Positions 28,301 through 36,306 of a stretch of DNA of 64,000 nucleotides are shown here, one piece after another. The notes below the pieces were generated by a model that worked only from the letters and a program-made list of their open reading frames with translations, was not told the DNA's origin and ran no database searches. The stretch lies in contig CAWANJ010000009.1 in NCBI GenBank assembly GCA_963783385.1, forward strand, positions 64,001 through 128,000, written 5' to 3'. Position 1 is the first letter of the stretch. The number at the start of each line of letters is the position of its first letter. The DNA is from an uncultured Gemmatimonadales bacterium. GTDB taxonomy: Bacteria; Gemmatimonadota; Gemmatimonadetes; Palauibacterales; Palauibacteraceae. The translations under genes and the position numbers were made by a program.

Positions 28301-31202
28301 CCTCCCGGACGAGCCCGGCCAGCTCTCGGCCACCACGGACGGCTCGGGAGACGTCACCTTCGAGTGGAAGGCGACCTCGCCCGACTCGATCGCGCAGGTG
28401 ACGGTCCGAATCGAGCCGCCGGCCGGCTCGGACTTCACGAACGCCTCCGCCCAGGTTCCGGTGCCCGAGAGCCGCACGCCCCGCACCTCGGTCCTGGGAC
28501 TGCTCCGGGGCGCCACCGTGCAGGGGACGGTGTACGCCGGCGCCGGCACGGACTCGATCGTGGCCGGGGCGCGGGTGTTCATCCCCGGGGCGGGCCCGGG
28601 CGGGACCGACCTGTCGGACTCGACGGACGCCAAGGGCCACTACGCCCTGCACGGAGCGCCGGCCGGGGCTCACTGGGTCCGGGCCGGGAAGGCGGGCTCG
28701 CACTTCACGGGTGACTCGGCCCGCGTGGCGGCGAAGGCGGGAGCGTCGGCGACGCAGGACTTCCACCTGACCGGGGTGGATGGCCTTCCCACGTCCCTCC
28801 TCGGCCTCGCGATCGAGGTGCAGAGCTACACGAAGACGGCGCAGGGCGCGGTCCTCAGCGGCCGGTTCACCGACGTGCCCGGCAACGACGCCTTCGCTCC
28901 CCGGACGCAGGGACTGACCCTGGCGTTCGACAGCGTGACCGTGACCGGCCAGGGCAAGGACGCCGCCCCGCCCGGCGGCACGGTGCACGTGGTCGACAGC
29001 GACCTGCCGCTCTCCCTGTATGGGACCTACCTGGTCCGGCAGCACGCGGAGGGCGGCCTGACGGTGGAGGACCGGGGGCAGGGGCAGGGCGCCGTGGTGG
29101 GTCCGGCGCAGCTCCTGTCGGGATCCTTCTCCCTGACCACGGCCGAGCTGACCTTCCGGGATTCACTCTTCCTCCTGTCACCCGGGGCGAGCGGCACGGC
29201 CGCCGCCCGGGTGGCCACGCTCGAGGCCGGCGGCGCCTCGCCGGCCCCTTCCGGCGGCTACGGGATCGGGACCTCGCAAGGGGGCGACGCCGGACTCACG
29301 CTGTACGGGTTCGGGGCCGACGCGGCGGCGGCCTCCTCGCGCCTGGCGCCCAAGGCGCTCACCCTCAATGCGACCCTCCACACGGCGATCCCGGGCGTGA
29401 AGGACCTGGCGATCCACGTGCCCGACCTCACGGTGACGCCCGGTCAGGGAGCGGGCGCCGGCCTGCAGCCGGCGAAGGGCGACCAGGCGCTGTCCCTGTC
29501 CCTGGGCGCGTGGACGCTGGAGTCGCCGAGCTGGTCCCTCGGCAAGGGGCGGCTGCACCTGGTGCAGGGCGTGGTGCGCGTGCCGATGATCCAGGGCCGC
29601 CCCAACAGCGACATCGACTTCCCGTTCACCGGCCTCGAGGTCACGCCCACCAGTCTCGAGGGCGGGAAGTTCGGAGGCGGCCCCCTCCTCCTGGGCGGGT
29701 TCGTGCCTCTCCAGGTGAAGGGCGGGGTCACCTTCGTGCGCGACACGCCGACGGGCCCATGGAAGCTATTCGGGGACGGCGGCACGATCGCGGCGCTCCC
29801 GGGCATGGCGTCCACCGACGAGATCCACGTGCAGAGCTTCGACTTCCTCTCCAACGGGAAGAAGAGCTTCTCGATGGAGCCGGGGACGTCGGTGCGGCTG
29901 TACGGCACGGGGGACCTGGCGATCTCGAACCTGGGGATCACCGAGTCGTCCGTGAGCTTCGCGGGTGGGCTCGACCTCCACGTCCCGGGCCTGGACCCGC
30001 AGGCCGTGGTCGTCGACTACACGCGTCCCGCGTCCGGCCACGCGCCGACCTTCAAGTTCAACCCGATCGACATCCAGCCCTTCGACATCGGTGGCGCGAA
30101 GGTGTCGGTGCACCAGGGGACCCTCGACGCCTCCGGCTTCCAGGGCAATGGGACCGTGTCGGTGCCGGGCAAGTTCACCGTCGCCTCGCACTTCACTCGC
30201 TCGCCGCTCGGTCCGAACCAGAAGATCGAGGCGCTCCCGCTCCCGCACGCGACCCTCGATGTGGGACAGGTGGCCATCTCGAAGCTCCAGGGCGGGGCGA
30301 AGGTGGCGGCAGGCAAGTGGGCCACGGACTACCAGGGCCACATGGACGTGGGCGGCCAGGTGTCCGGCGACGTCACGATCGGCGTGGAGGGGACCGACGT
30401 CACCGCGGGGACGGGCGGGCTGGCGGTCAAGAACATTCCGACCCCGTTCGGGAACATGGCGATCACCATGAACTTCCCTGAGCAGCGGCTCGAGGGCTCG
30501 GTCCAGATGGACAAGGACATCGCCGCCGGCGCGCACGTGAAGGGCACCACCGAGATGGTCATCAGCGGCAAGCCTTCCGACCGCTATTGGTACCTGTTCA
30601 CCGGAGCCGCGTTCTCGCTGAAGACGCCACACATGTCGGGCACGGCGGCCCTCCTGATCGGCTCGGCGACCCTGAAGGCGGATCTCCTGGCCCGCTACGC
30701 CAAGTACGGCCGCCGGCCGGTGCCGGCCCAGTTCCACGTGATCAACGGATTCTTCATGGAGGGCGAGGTGTCGATCCCGGTGCCGATCTGTCCCAACGGC
30801 GCCTTCGACATCGGGGTGGCTAGCGTCGAGGTGTGGTGCAACGTGTGGGGCGACGTACGGCTGGGGGCCAATTTCCAGCAGGCCAACACCTACTTCGTGG
30901 GCGTCGGGGCGGGGATCGACGCGGGCATCAAGGGCGGGGTGGGCATGGGGCTGTGCGTGCACGTGGCGGCGGAGGTGAAGGCGGGCCTGGACGGGGAGGG
31001 CGCCTACCGGAGCGATGGCGCCTGGTACGCCCGGGGCGACGCCAACCTGGACCTGAACGGGAGCGCCTCCTACGGGGTCGGCCTGGACGACGTGTGCCTG
31101 GACCACACGACCAGCGTCCACATCGGGCTGGGCGCGGAGGCCCAGCTCGGCTACGACTGGGCCCGGAACGTGGGGCCGCACGCGAAGGTGTACTTCCGAT
31201 GA
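25377..31202 (+). CDS. 1941-aa secreted protein: TANFOR-like module, carboxypeptidase-regulatory-like beta-sandwich domains and a long beta-rich C-terminus
   Basis: TGATG overlap with the upstream gene. Motifs LPAGAYQLCL, PTFQWTP, YAWQVQA and NQGRSEIYTF. Repeats of the type TADDGRF, SDDGQF, TDGSGDV and TDAKGHY. Strong GC3 bias. Confidence 0.8.
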   Translation: MGGRVLMGLMGLMGRTAAGARARGRTIAPAGLALVALAAASALPGGPSTLEAQQPTITVSVTVPQPSADWQAWSTSPSIAMVVLQTTLRQPIAVTSSFRLLKDGQPLGEVPGNIQQLPAGSQILRTPQLAAWSRMRWSDIGASVQRSGTLPAGAYQLCLDIIPPPPSADMSIRLMTIHRCASFTLTAPKVLSTPPMTVNLPPPHLIAPASRSESRLPQPTFQWTPVVSRDHPRPTYVLRIAEMLPGQTPEQALNAGRPLLDRELIGRTTFPYPASAPKLEPGKTYAWQVQALAMPRAEAGGVKPLGMNQGRSEIYTFRRPPVRVARQKPQPTGPTAKPGLLYDAALSGRLLYTFQPNGVPKPRRVSTYLGQPPTGTIFEMQGQPGGGHPVGGGKTGGQQGGQGAGDQSAPSGGPVHLQDAPHTDPLAGVTVRLLVHYRTGDRWVRGGTLAAGGKTYTDNGKVVASARTADDGRFTFFFHDDLPTGLIALHTTVSSGSGEFGFHESGANLARFYTLEVGDPHYASPSDELEKGQGGTGDVGTLVALVRSYRLQVRVTRAGTKATKTGLRVQLLRPFRAAGVPANEGDAPTPRGKYGLFEIIGQGVTGNDGTVTFRHLVKNVGPADRYSVRVSSDPNNVNARYYPASVPVSHSMPLDDPEGWDDAVFNEGYRSDRVYRADVPVSPQPPEYFGTVIRADTRKPVPEALMVLVQHGVGGSMILHAVKPSDDGQFVIKGFQVNRKYVVYVHAPGFRPDSNVFMPDSGVATHFDHQLRPDATVTLSLVDENGAPVPGRVRVGSGAQVEAQPVYGNDQGQELRAGAGGVAWYTRGSGGATGGQTSSSGQTPTSGQARRAGTSTSAGGMTRTGSAAQAASSGLVHLQAWRVTLPANSGTQTVHVDAGPDYFPTDTTLTIPKGASDLGRAVVYLRMRRLHVKVVALEKAPAPPAGRRRPTRGGMRIVHVTSGASESPIEGAVVSLPDEPGQLSATTDGSGDVTFEWKATSPDSIAQVTVRIEPPAGSDFTNASAQVPVPESRTPRTSVLGLLRGATVQGTVYAGAGTDSIVAGARVFIPGAGPGGTDLSDSTDAKGHYALHGAPAGAHWVRAGKAGSHFTGDSARVAAKAGASATQDFHLTGVDGLPTSLLGLAIEVQSYTKTAQGAVLSGRFTDVPGNDAFAPRTQGLTLAFDSVTVTGQGKDAAPPGGTVHVVDSDLPLSLYGTYLVRQHAEGGLTVEDRGQGQGAVVGPAQLLSGSFSLTTAELTFRDSLFLLSPGASGTAAARVATLEAGGASPAPSGGYGIGTSQGGDAGLTLYGFGADAAAASSRLAPKALTLNATLHTAIPGVKDLAIHVPDLTVTPGQGAGAGLQPAKGDQALSLSLGAWTLESPSWSLGKGRLHLVQGVVRVPMIQGRPNSDIDFPFTGLEVTPTSLEGGKFGGGPLLLGGFVPLQVKGGVTFVRDTPTGPWKLFGDGGTIAALPGMASTDEIHVQSFDFLSNGKKSFSMEPGTSVRLYGTGDLAISNLGITESSVSFAGGLDLHVPGLDPQAVVVDYTRPASGHAPTFKFNPIDIQPFDIGGAKVSVHQGTLDASGFQGNGTVSVPGKFTVASHFTRSPLGPNQKIEALPLPHATLDVGQVAISKLQGGAKVAAGKWATDYQGHMDVGGQVSGDVTIGVEGTDVTAGTGGLAVKNIPTPFGNMAITMNFPEQRLEGSVQMDKDIAAGAHVKGTTEMVISGKPSDRYWYLFTGAAFSLKTPHMSGTAALLIGSATLKADLLARYAKYGRRPVPAQFHVINGFFMEGEVSIPVPICPNGAFDIGVASVEVWCNVWGDVRLGANFQQANTYFVGVGAGIDAGIKGGVGMGLCVHVAAEVKAGLDGEGAYRSDGAWYARGDANLDLNGSASYGVGLDDVCLDHTTSVHIGLGAEAQLGYDWARNVGPHAKVYFR

Positions 31203-33373
31203 GGACAGGGCGGGGGTCAGCGCGGGGGATCGGCGTGTCGCACGCGGCCGGGCGCGGAGCAGGGCGCACGGCCGCGCGCCGCAGGCGCGTGACCGCGGCG
31301 GGGATTGCCCTCGTCGGGGCCCTGGCCGCGGGCGCGGCGGCCCCGGCCCGACTCGCCGCCCAGAGCGCCACGGCCGCGCGGGCGGGCGACACGATCGCGT
31401 TCGCGAGCCCGCGTGGCGCGTACGTGTGGATGAAGGGCACCGTGGTGTCGGCGGCCCACCCCGTGGGCGGGGTGGTGGCGCACCGGCTGGAGCGCTCGCG
31501 TCCGGGGGCATCCTGGGGAAAGGTGGCCGACGTGAGCGCCGTGCCCGACGCGCGCAGCTTGTTCGCGCGGCTCGACTCGGCCACGAGCCGCGCCGTCGTC
31601 CGATCGCTGGGCCAGAAGGACGAGGCGAGCGCCTGGAACTACATCGTCCGGAACCCCAGGGCCGACTCCCTGGCGGCGATCCTCGGAAACGACGACGTGC
31701 GTCTGGCGCTCGGCCTCTACGGTCTCGATCCGTCGCCCCGGAACGGCGAGACGTGGCGCTACCGGGTGAGCGACGTGGACGCGGACGGGGCCGTCTCCCA
31801 CCCCGTGGTGTCGAACCCGGTGAGCTTCCCGGCCCGGGCGAGCTTCGATTCCGTACATGTGGCCGACAGCCGGGGCGCCGACTCGGTGGTCGTGGTCCGC
31901 TGGTACGTGGGCGACGTGGGAACCCGCGCCAAGACGGTCGAGATCTGGCGGCGCGCGGGACGGACGGGCGAGTTCGAGGAGGTCGACTCCGTGGCGGTCA
32001 GCATCCTGGCCGGGGACTCGCTCCTGGCGCGGAGCGAGGACCGCGACGTGACGCCGGGCGCGATGTACCAGTACTACGCGGTGCCGAGAGACCTGTTCTT
32101 CAACGTTGGCGCCCCCAGCGACACCGTGAGCGTGTACACGGTGCCGCTGGCGGGGGCCGTGCTCCCCGACTCGATCGAGGCTCGCGGCGTGGACACGCTC
32201 GGGATCGTGCTCACCTGGCGCGTGGCCGACCCGGACCGTATCCGCACCGTGCAGCTGTTCCGCTCGACCTCCCAGGACACGGGCTACGTCCAGATCGCCG
32301 AGCTCCCGCCCGCGACCGACCGGTTCGTGGATGCGCAGGTCGAGCCGATGAAGATGTACTACTACCGCCTCGGCATGACCGGCCTGCGCGGCACGGTTTC
32401 GCCGCGGACCGCGGCCGTTTTCGGCTACTACCGGCCCGCGCTCGCCCCGTCGCCGCCCCTGGCCGTGCGGGCCGACACCACGGCCGGAGGATTCCGGGTC
32501 GCATGGACCCCGGCGGGGGACCCCGACCTGTCGGGATACCGGGTGTACCGCACCGACGCCCCGGTGGACACGCTCACCGACGCGACGGCCATGCGGCTAG
32601 TCAGTCCCCTGCTCCCGCCCACCGACACCCTCTTCGTGGACAGCGCAGCCGGGCTCGGATCCGGACGCCAGTACACGTGGGCCGTGCGGGCCGTGGGCCC
32701 GGGGGGACTCGAGAGTGGCTACTCCAACCCCGCCTCCGCCTCGCGAACGTCCGTGGCGCCCGTCGCGGCTCCGACCGGACTGTCCGGCTACGCCGACGCC
32801 CGGGGGGTGGTCCTGGCGTGGACCGACGTGTCCCGGACGGACCCCCTGGTGGACGGCTACCTGGTGCTGCGGGAGGCGGCCGGCGCGGGCCGGGGCGAGC
32901 CGGACACGGCGCGGACCGGATCCGCCGGCAAAGCCGTGTCGAGCTGGGACACGCTCAACTCCCGGCCGCTGGGCCGGCTGGAGAACGGGTACCGGGACAC
33001 CACGGCCGTGCGGGGCGCGTGGCGCTATGCCGTCGTGTCCGTGCGCGTGGATGGCCAGCGGAGCGGTCCCTCCGCACCCGTGCGCGTGAGCCGGGAGCCC
33101 GCCCCGCCCCCGCCGCCGCCGGGCTTCCGCGTGCAGGCGGACAGCGACGGCATCGTCCTGGCCTGGGACCCGATGGCCGACAGCGCCGCCAGGGTGCGGG
33201 TGTACCGCTACGAGCGCGGTGGTCGGCCGGCGCGCGTGGCCGAGGTCGGCGCCGCCGCGCTCGAGTACCTGGACCGGGACGCGCGGCCGGGCCACCGGTA
33301 CTGGTACTACGTGGCCACGGTGTCCGCCGGCCTGGAGGGGCCGCGCAGCGAGGAGCGCACGATCCGGAGGTAG
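31199..33373 (+). CDS. Secreted multi-fibronectin type III domain protein
   Basis: ATGA overlap at 31199-31202 and a signal peptide ending LAA-Q. About five FN3 units with W...Y(R/K)xYR...D...YxYxV patterns. Confidence 0.85.
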   Translation: MRTGRGSARGIGVSHAAGRGAGRTAARRRRVTAAGIALVGALAAGAAAPARLAAQSATAARAGDTIAFASPRGAYVWMKGTVVSAAHPVGGVVAHRLERSRPGASWGKVADVSAVPDARSLFARLDSATSRAVVRSLGQKDEASAWNYIVRNPRADSLAAILGNDDVRLALGLYGLDPSPRNGETWRYRVSDVDADGAVSHPVVSNPVSFPARASFDSVHVADSRGADSVVVVRWYVGDVGTRAKTVEIWRRAGRTGEFEEVDSVAVSILAGDSLLARSEDRDVTPGAMYQYYAVPRDLFFNVGAPSDTVSVYTVPLAGAVLPDSIEARGVDTLGIVLTWRVADPDRIRTVQLFRSTSQDTGYVQIAELPPATDRFVDAQVEPMKMYYYRLGMTGLRGTVSPRTAAVFGYYRPALAPSPPLAVRADTTAGGFRVAWTPAGDPDLSGYRVYRTDAPVDTLTDATAMRLVSPLLPPTDTLFVDSAAGLGSGRQYTWAVRAVGPGGLESGYSNPASASRTSVAPVAAPTGLSGYADARGVVLAWTDVSRTDPLVDGYLVLREAAGAGRGEPDTARTGSAGKAVSSWDTLNSRPLGRLENGYRDTTAVRGAWRYAVVSVRVDGQRSGPSAPVRVSREPAPPPPPPGFRVQADSDGIVLAWDPMADSAARVRVYRYERGGRPARVAEVGAAALEYLDRDARPGHRYWYYVATVSAGLEGPRSEERTIRR

Positions 33374-33482
33374 CGGACCGGGACGGACCGGACCCGCGTT
33401 GGCGCGGCGGGCGCTGCCATGGCATCTTCGCCCACTCGCGAGGTGGCACCGGGACCCTGACGCGTGAGCGCCGGCCGACGTG
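33353..33482 (+). repeat. Direct repeat R2, right copy (FN3 3' end, promoter, MATE start codon)
   Basis: Contains ERTIRR-TAG, TTGGCG-N18-CATCTT with an extended TG, and the GTG at 33480. Confidence 0.92.
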
Positions 33483-34949
33483 AACGACACCAACCCTCCC
33501 ACGCCCTCGCCCGGTCCCGGGCCCGCCGGCGGGGAGCCCCTCGTCCCACCCGCGCCGCGCCGTCGGGCGAGCTACGACCGCTCCATCGTGAAGGGCCCCC
33601 TGACGCCGGCCGTGTGGCGGCTGGCGTGGCCCACGATCCTCCAGAACATGATCGGCGGGATGCAGGGGATCGTCGATCACGTCATGGTCGGCCACTACGT
33701 GGGCTACACGGGCAACGCGGCCATCGGGGTGAGCTGGCAGATCTACCTGGTTGTGGTCGTGTTCATCTCGTCGCTGTTCATGGGGATGAGCGTTCTGGTG
33801 GCGCGCTTCGCCGGGCGCGGCGACCACGACATGGTGGACCGCACGGTCTACCAGGCCTTCCTGCTCGCGGCAGGACTGGCGGTCGGGGTGCTGGCGCCGA
33901 TCGGGTACTTCCTGGCTCCCAAGCTCCTCGTGCTGGTCAACGCCGCCCCCGAGGTGCAGGTCGAGGCGCTGCCCTACCTGCGCATCATGTTCGTGTTCAG
34001 CTTCGGCATGCTGATCTTCTTCATGCTGGGCGGGGCGCTGCGCTCGGCGGGCGACGCACGCACGCCGCTCCGGCTGGGCGTGGTGCTCACGGTCATCAAC
34101 ATCGTTCTCAACGTGATCCTCATCGCCGGGCTGGGTCCGGTGCCCGCGTTCGGAACGGCTGGCGCCGCCATGGGCACGGTGATCGCGTCCGGCGGCGTGG
34201 CCGCGTTCGCGCTGTGGCGGCTGGCGAAGGGCGGGTGGGTGGTCGGGTTCCCGAGCGGCGGCTGGAAGGGGCCGGACCGGGCCATCATCCGCGAGTTGTT
34301 CCGGTTCGGGCTGCCGGCGGGGATCCAGGGCATCGCCATGAACATCGGCGGCCTGATCTTGCTGGCGTTCATCGGCTCCCTGCCCGAGAGCGCGGCCGCC
34401 CAGGCGGCGTACGCGGTCTCCTACACGCAGCTGTTCTCGTTCATCACCTGGACCTCGTTCGGACTCCGGGGCGCCGCCGCCGCCGTGGCGGGCCAGAACC
34501 TGGGTGCCGGCCAGCCCGATCGCTCGGCGGCCGCCGTGCACGTGGCCGCCCGGATCGGGGTCGCCGGAGCCCTGATCTTCGGCTCCATGTTCCTGCTCAT
34601 TCCGCGCGAGCTCCTGGGCTTGTTCGGACTGAACCAGCCGGAGGTGGTGCGGCTCGGCGTGCAGCTCCTCCACGTGCTGAGCGTGTCCGGCCTGTTCATC
34701 GCCGTGGCGCTCACCTACACGGGCGGCCTGCAGGGCACGGGGGACACCAAGAGCCCGCTGTACATCTCGATCGCCTCACAGCTGGTGATGCCGCTCGGCA
34801 TCTGCCTGGTTCTCCAGCAGATGGGCATCCTGTCCGCGCTGCACATCTGGTACGCGATCCTGGCCGGGCACATCACGCGCTGCGTGCTCAGCGTGGCGCG
34901 CTTCCGGCAGGGGAAGTGGCGCACCATCGCGGTGAGGGTCGGGGACTAG
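33480..34949 (+). CDS. MATE family efflux transporter
   Basis: LAWPTIL, VDHVMVG, LRSAGDARTP, GLQGTGDTKSP and about 12 TMs. Confidence 0.95.
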   Translation: MNDTNPPTPSPGPGPAGGEPLVPPAPRRRASYDRSIVKGPLTPAVWRLAWPTILQNMIGGMQGIVDHVMVGHYVGYTGNAAIGVSWQIYLVVVVFISSLFMGMSVLVARFAGRGDHDMVDRTVYQAFLLAAGLAVGVLAPIGYFLAPKLLVLVNAAPEVQVEALPYLRIMFVFSFGMLIFFMLGGALRSAGDARTPLRLGVVLTVINIVLNVILIAGLGPVPAFGTAGAAMGTVIASGGVAAFALWRLAKGGWVVGFPSGGWKGPDRAIIRELFRFGLPAGIQGIAMNIGGLILLAFIGSLPESAAAQAAYAVSYTQLFSFITWTSFGLRGAAAAVAGQNLGAGQPDRSAAAVHVAARIGVAGALIFGSMFLLIPRELLGLFGLNQPEVVRLGVQLLHVLSVSGLFIAVALTYTGGLQGTGDTKSPLYISIASQLVMPLGICLVLQQMGILSALHIWYAILAGHITRCVLSVARFRQGKWRTIAVRVGD

Positions 34950-35021
34950 GGGGGGCGAAGAACCACGAGCCCGAGCCGCATCGTCGAGTCGATCCGGCGG
35001 GCGCGGGCGGCGCGCCCGGAC

Positions 35022-36125
35022 CTAGAGCTCCACGGCGGCGCTGGCGCGGGCGAAGCGTGGATCCTCCAGCCTGAACCCGTCCGGATCCGTGCCTCGCACG
35101 AGCGCCAGGTGGTAGGTGAACAGCTGGAGCGCCACGATGCAGGCCAGCGCTCCGAGCGGCTCCGGCAGGGTCGGCACGGCGATGCACGGCGCATCGGCAC
35201 CGGCCACCGTCTCCGCCGTCTCGTCCCCGACCACCAGGAGGGAAGCGCCGATCGCCCGGACGGCATCGGCCAGCTCGCGGGTCCGCGCCTGTCCCGGGCC
35301 CGAGGGCGCGACGAGGACGAACAGGTCCTCCGCCTCGGCGCACTGGAAGGGCCCGTGCAGCAGGGTCTCGGTCGCCATACCCTCGGCCTGGAGATAGGAG
35401 GTCTCCTTGATCTTGAGGGCGATCTCCCGGGCGGCGGTGGCCGCCGGCCCCCCGCCGGCCAGCCAGATCCTGCGTCGGCCGGCGTGCGCACGGGCCATGG
35501 CGTCCATTCGGTCCTCCAGGCCGAGAGCCGCTTCGAGTGCGGCGGGAACACTGCGCTCGGGCAGGTCGTCGGCGACGCCGCCGAACCTGGACGCCAGCGC
35601 GGCCAGAGCCGCGACCGAACCGATGAAGCTCACCGTGTGCGCGGAGGATCGCTCCCCGGGCACGGTCCGAAACACCACGTCCGCGTCCGCATCGTCCCCG
35701 CCGTTCTCTCCGGTGATGAGCGCGGTGGGAGCGGCGGCTCGCCTGGCCCGGGCCAGGGCGGCGCGCGAGTAGCGCTTCGTGCCCCGGTGACTCACCACGA
35801 TCACCGCGTCCGCCGGTGACAGGTCGGGGCCGTACAGCGCGAAGTCGAAGGCGCGCCACGCCCGTACCGACGCTCCGACGCCGGCCTCGCGCAGCAGGTG
35901 CTCCCCGAGCTCGGCCGCGTGGAAGGAGGTCCCGGTGCCGGCCAGGTGCAGGCGTTCGCAGCCGCTGGCGATCTCCGCAAAGCGCTCCGCCGGCTGCGGG
36001 GCCTCCCGCGCGACCCGGGCGAAGATGGCCGGCTGGGCCCGGATCGCGTCATACATGTGATAGGGGTGGGACGACCGTGGATCCCGGTCACCCGGCCCGG
36101 CCCGACCTCCGTCCTGGGCAGACAT
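35022..36125 (-). CDS. Double SIS-domain sugar-phosphate isomerase/deaminase (GlmS C-terminal-like)
   Basis: MYDAIRAQP, GTGTSFHAA, VSHRG, EIALKIKET, LHGP and RGTDPD. GGAGG RBS before ATG 36125. Confidence 0.88.
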   Translation of the reverse strand: MSAQDGGRAGPGDRDPRSSHPYHMYDAIRAQPAIFARVAREAPQPAERFAEIASGCERLHLAGTGTSFHAAELGEHLLREAGVGASVRAWRAFDFALYGPDLSPADAVIVVSHRGTKRYSRAALARARRAAAPTALITGENGGDDADADVVFRTVPGERSSAHTVSFIGSVAALAALASRFGGVADDLPERSVPAALEAALGLEDRMDAMARAHAGRRRIWLAGGGPAATAAREIALKIKETSYLQAEGMATETLLHGPFQCAEAEDLFVLVAPSGPGQARTRELADAVRAIGASLLVVGDETAETVAGADAPCIAVPTLPEPLGALACIVALQLFTYHLALVRGTDPDGFRLEDPRFARASAAVEL

Positions 36126-36306
36126 GCTCGCTCCTCCCGGTCGCTCTCCGGTCTGTCTTCGCCACGCGGGCACCGACGCAGGACCATAGCGCGGCGAGGG
36201 GCGGGCGTCATGGGGTGCGTCGGGATGCGGTGGACCTCAGGCGCCCGCTCGCCTACCGTGGGAACATGCTACCGGACCGCCGGCCCGTGTCGCCAGGTGA
36301 CCTGGC

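Noticed and set aside
25377-31202. Giant protein as an RHS/CDI polymorphic toxin or T9SS cargo
   Set aside because: No YD repeats, DPxG, VENN or FHA repeats, no immunity gene, and no T9SS C-terminal motif.
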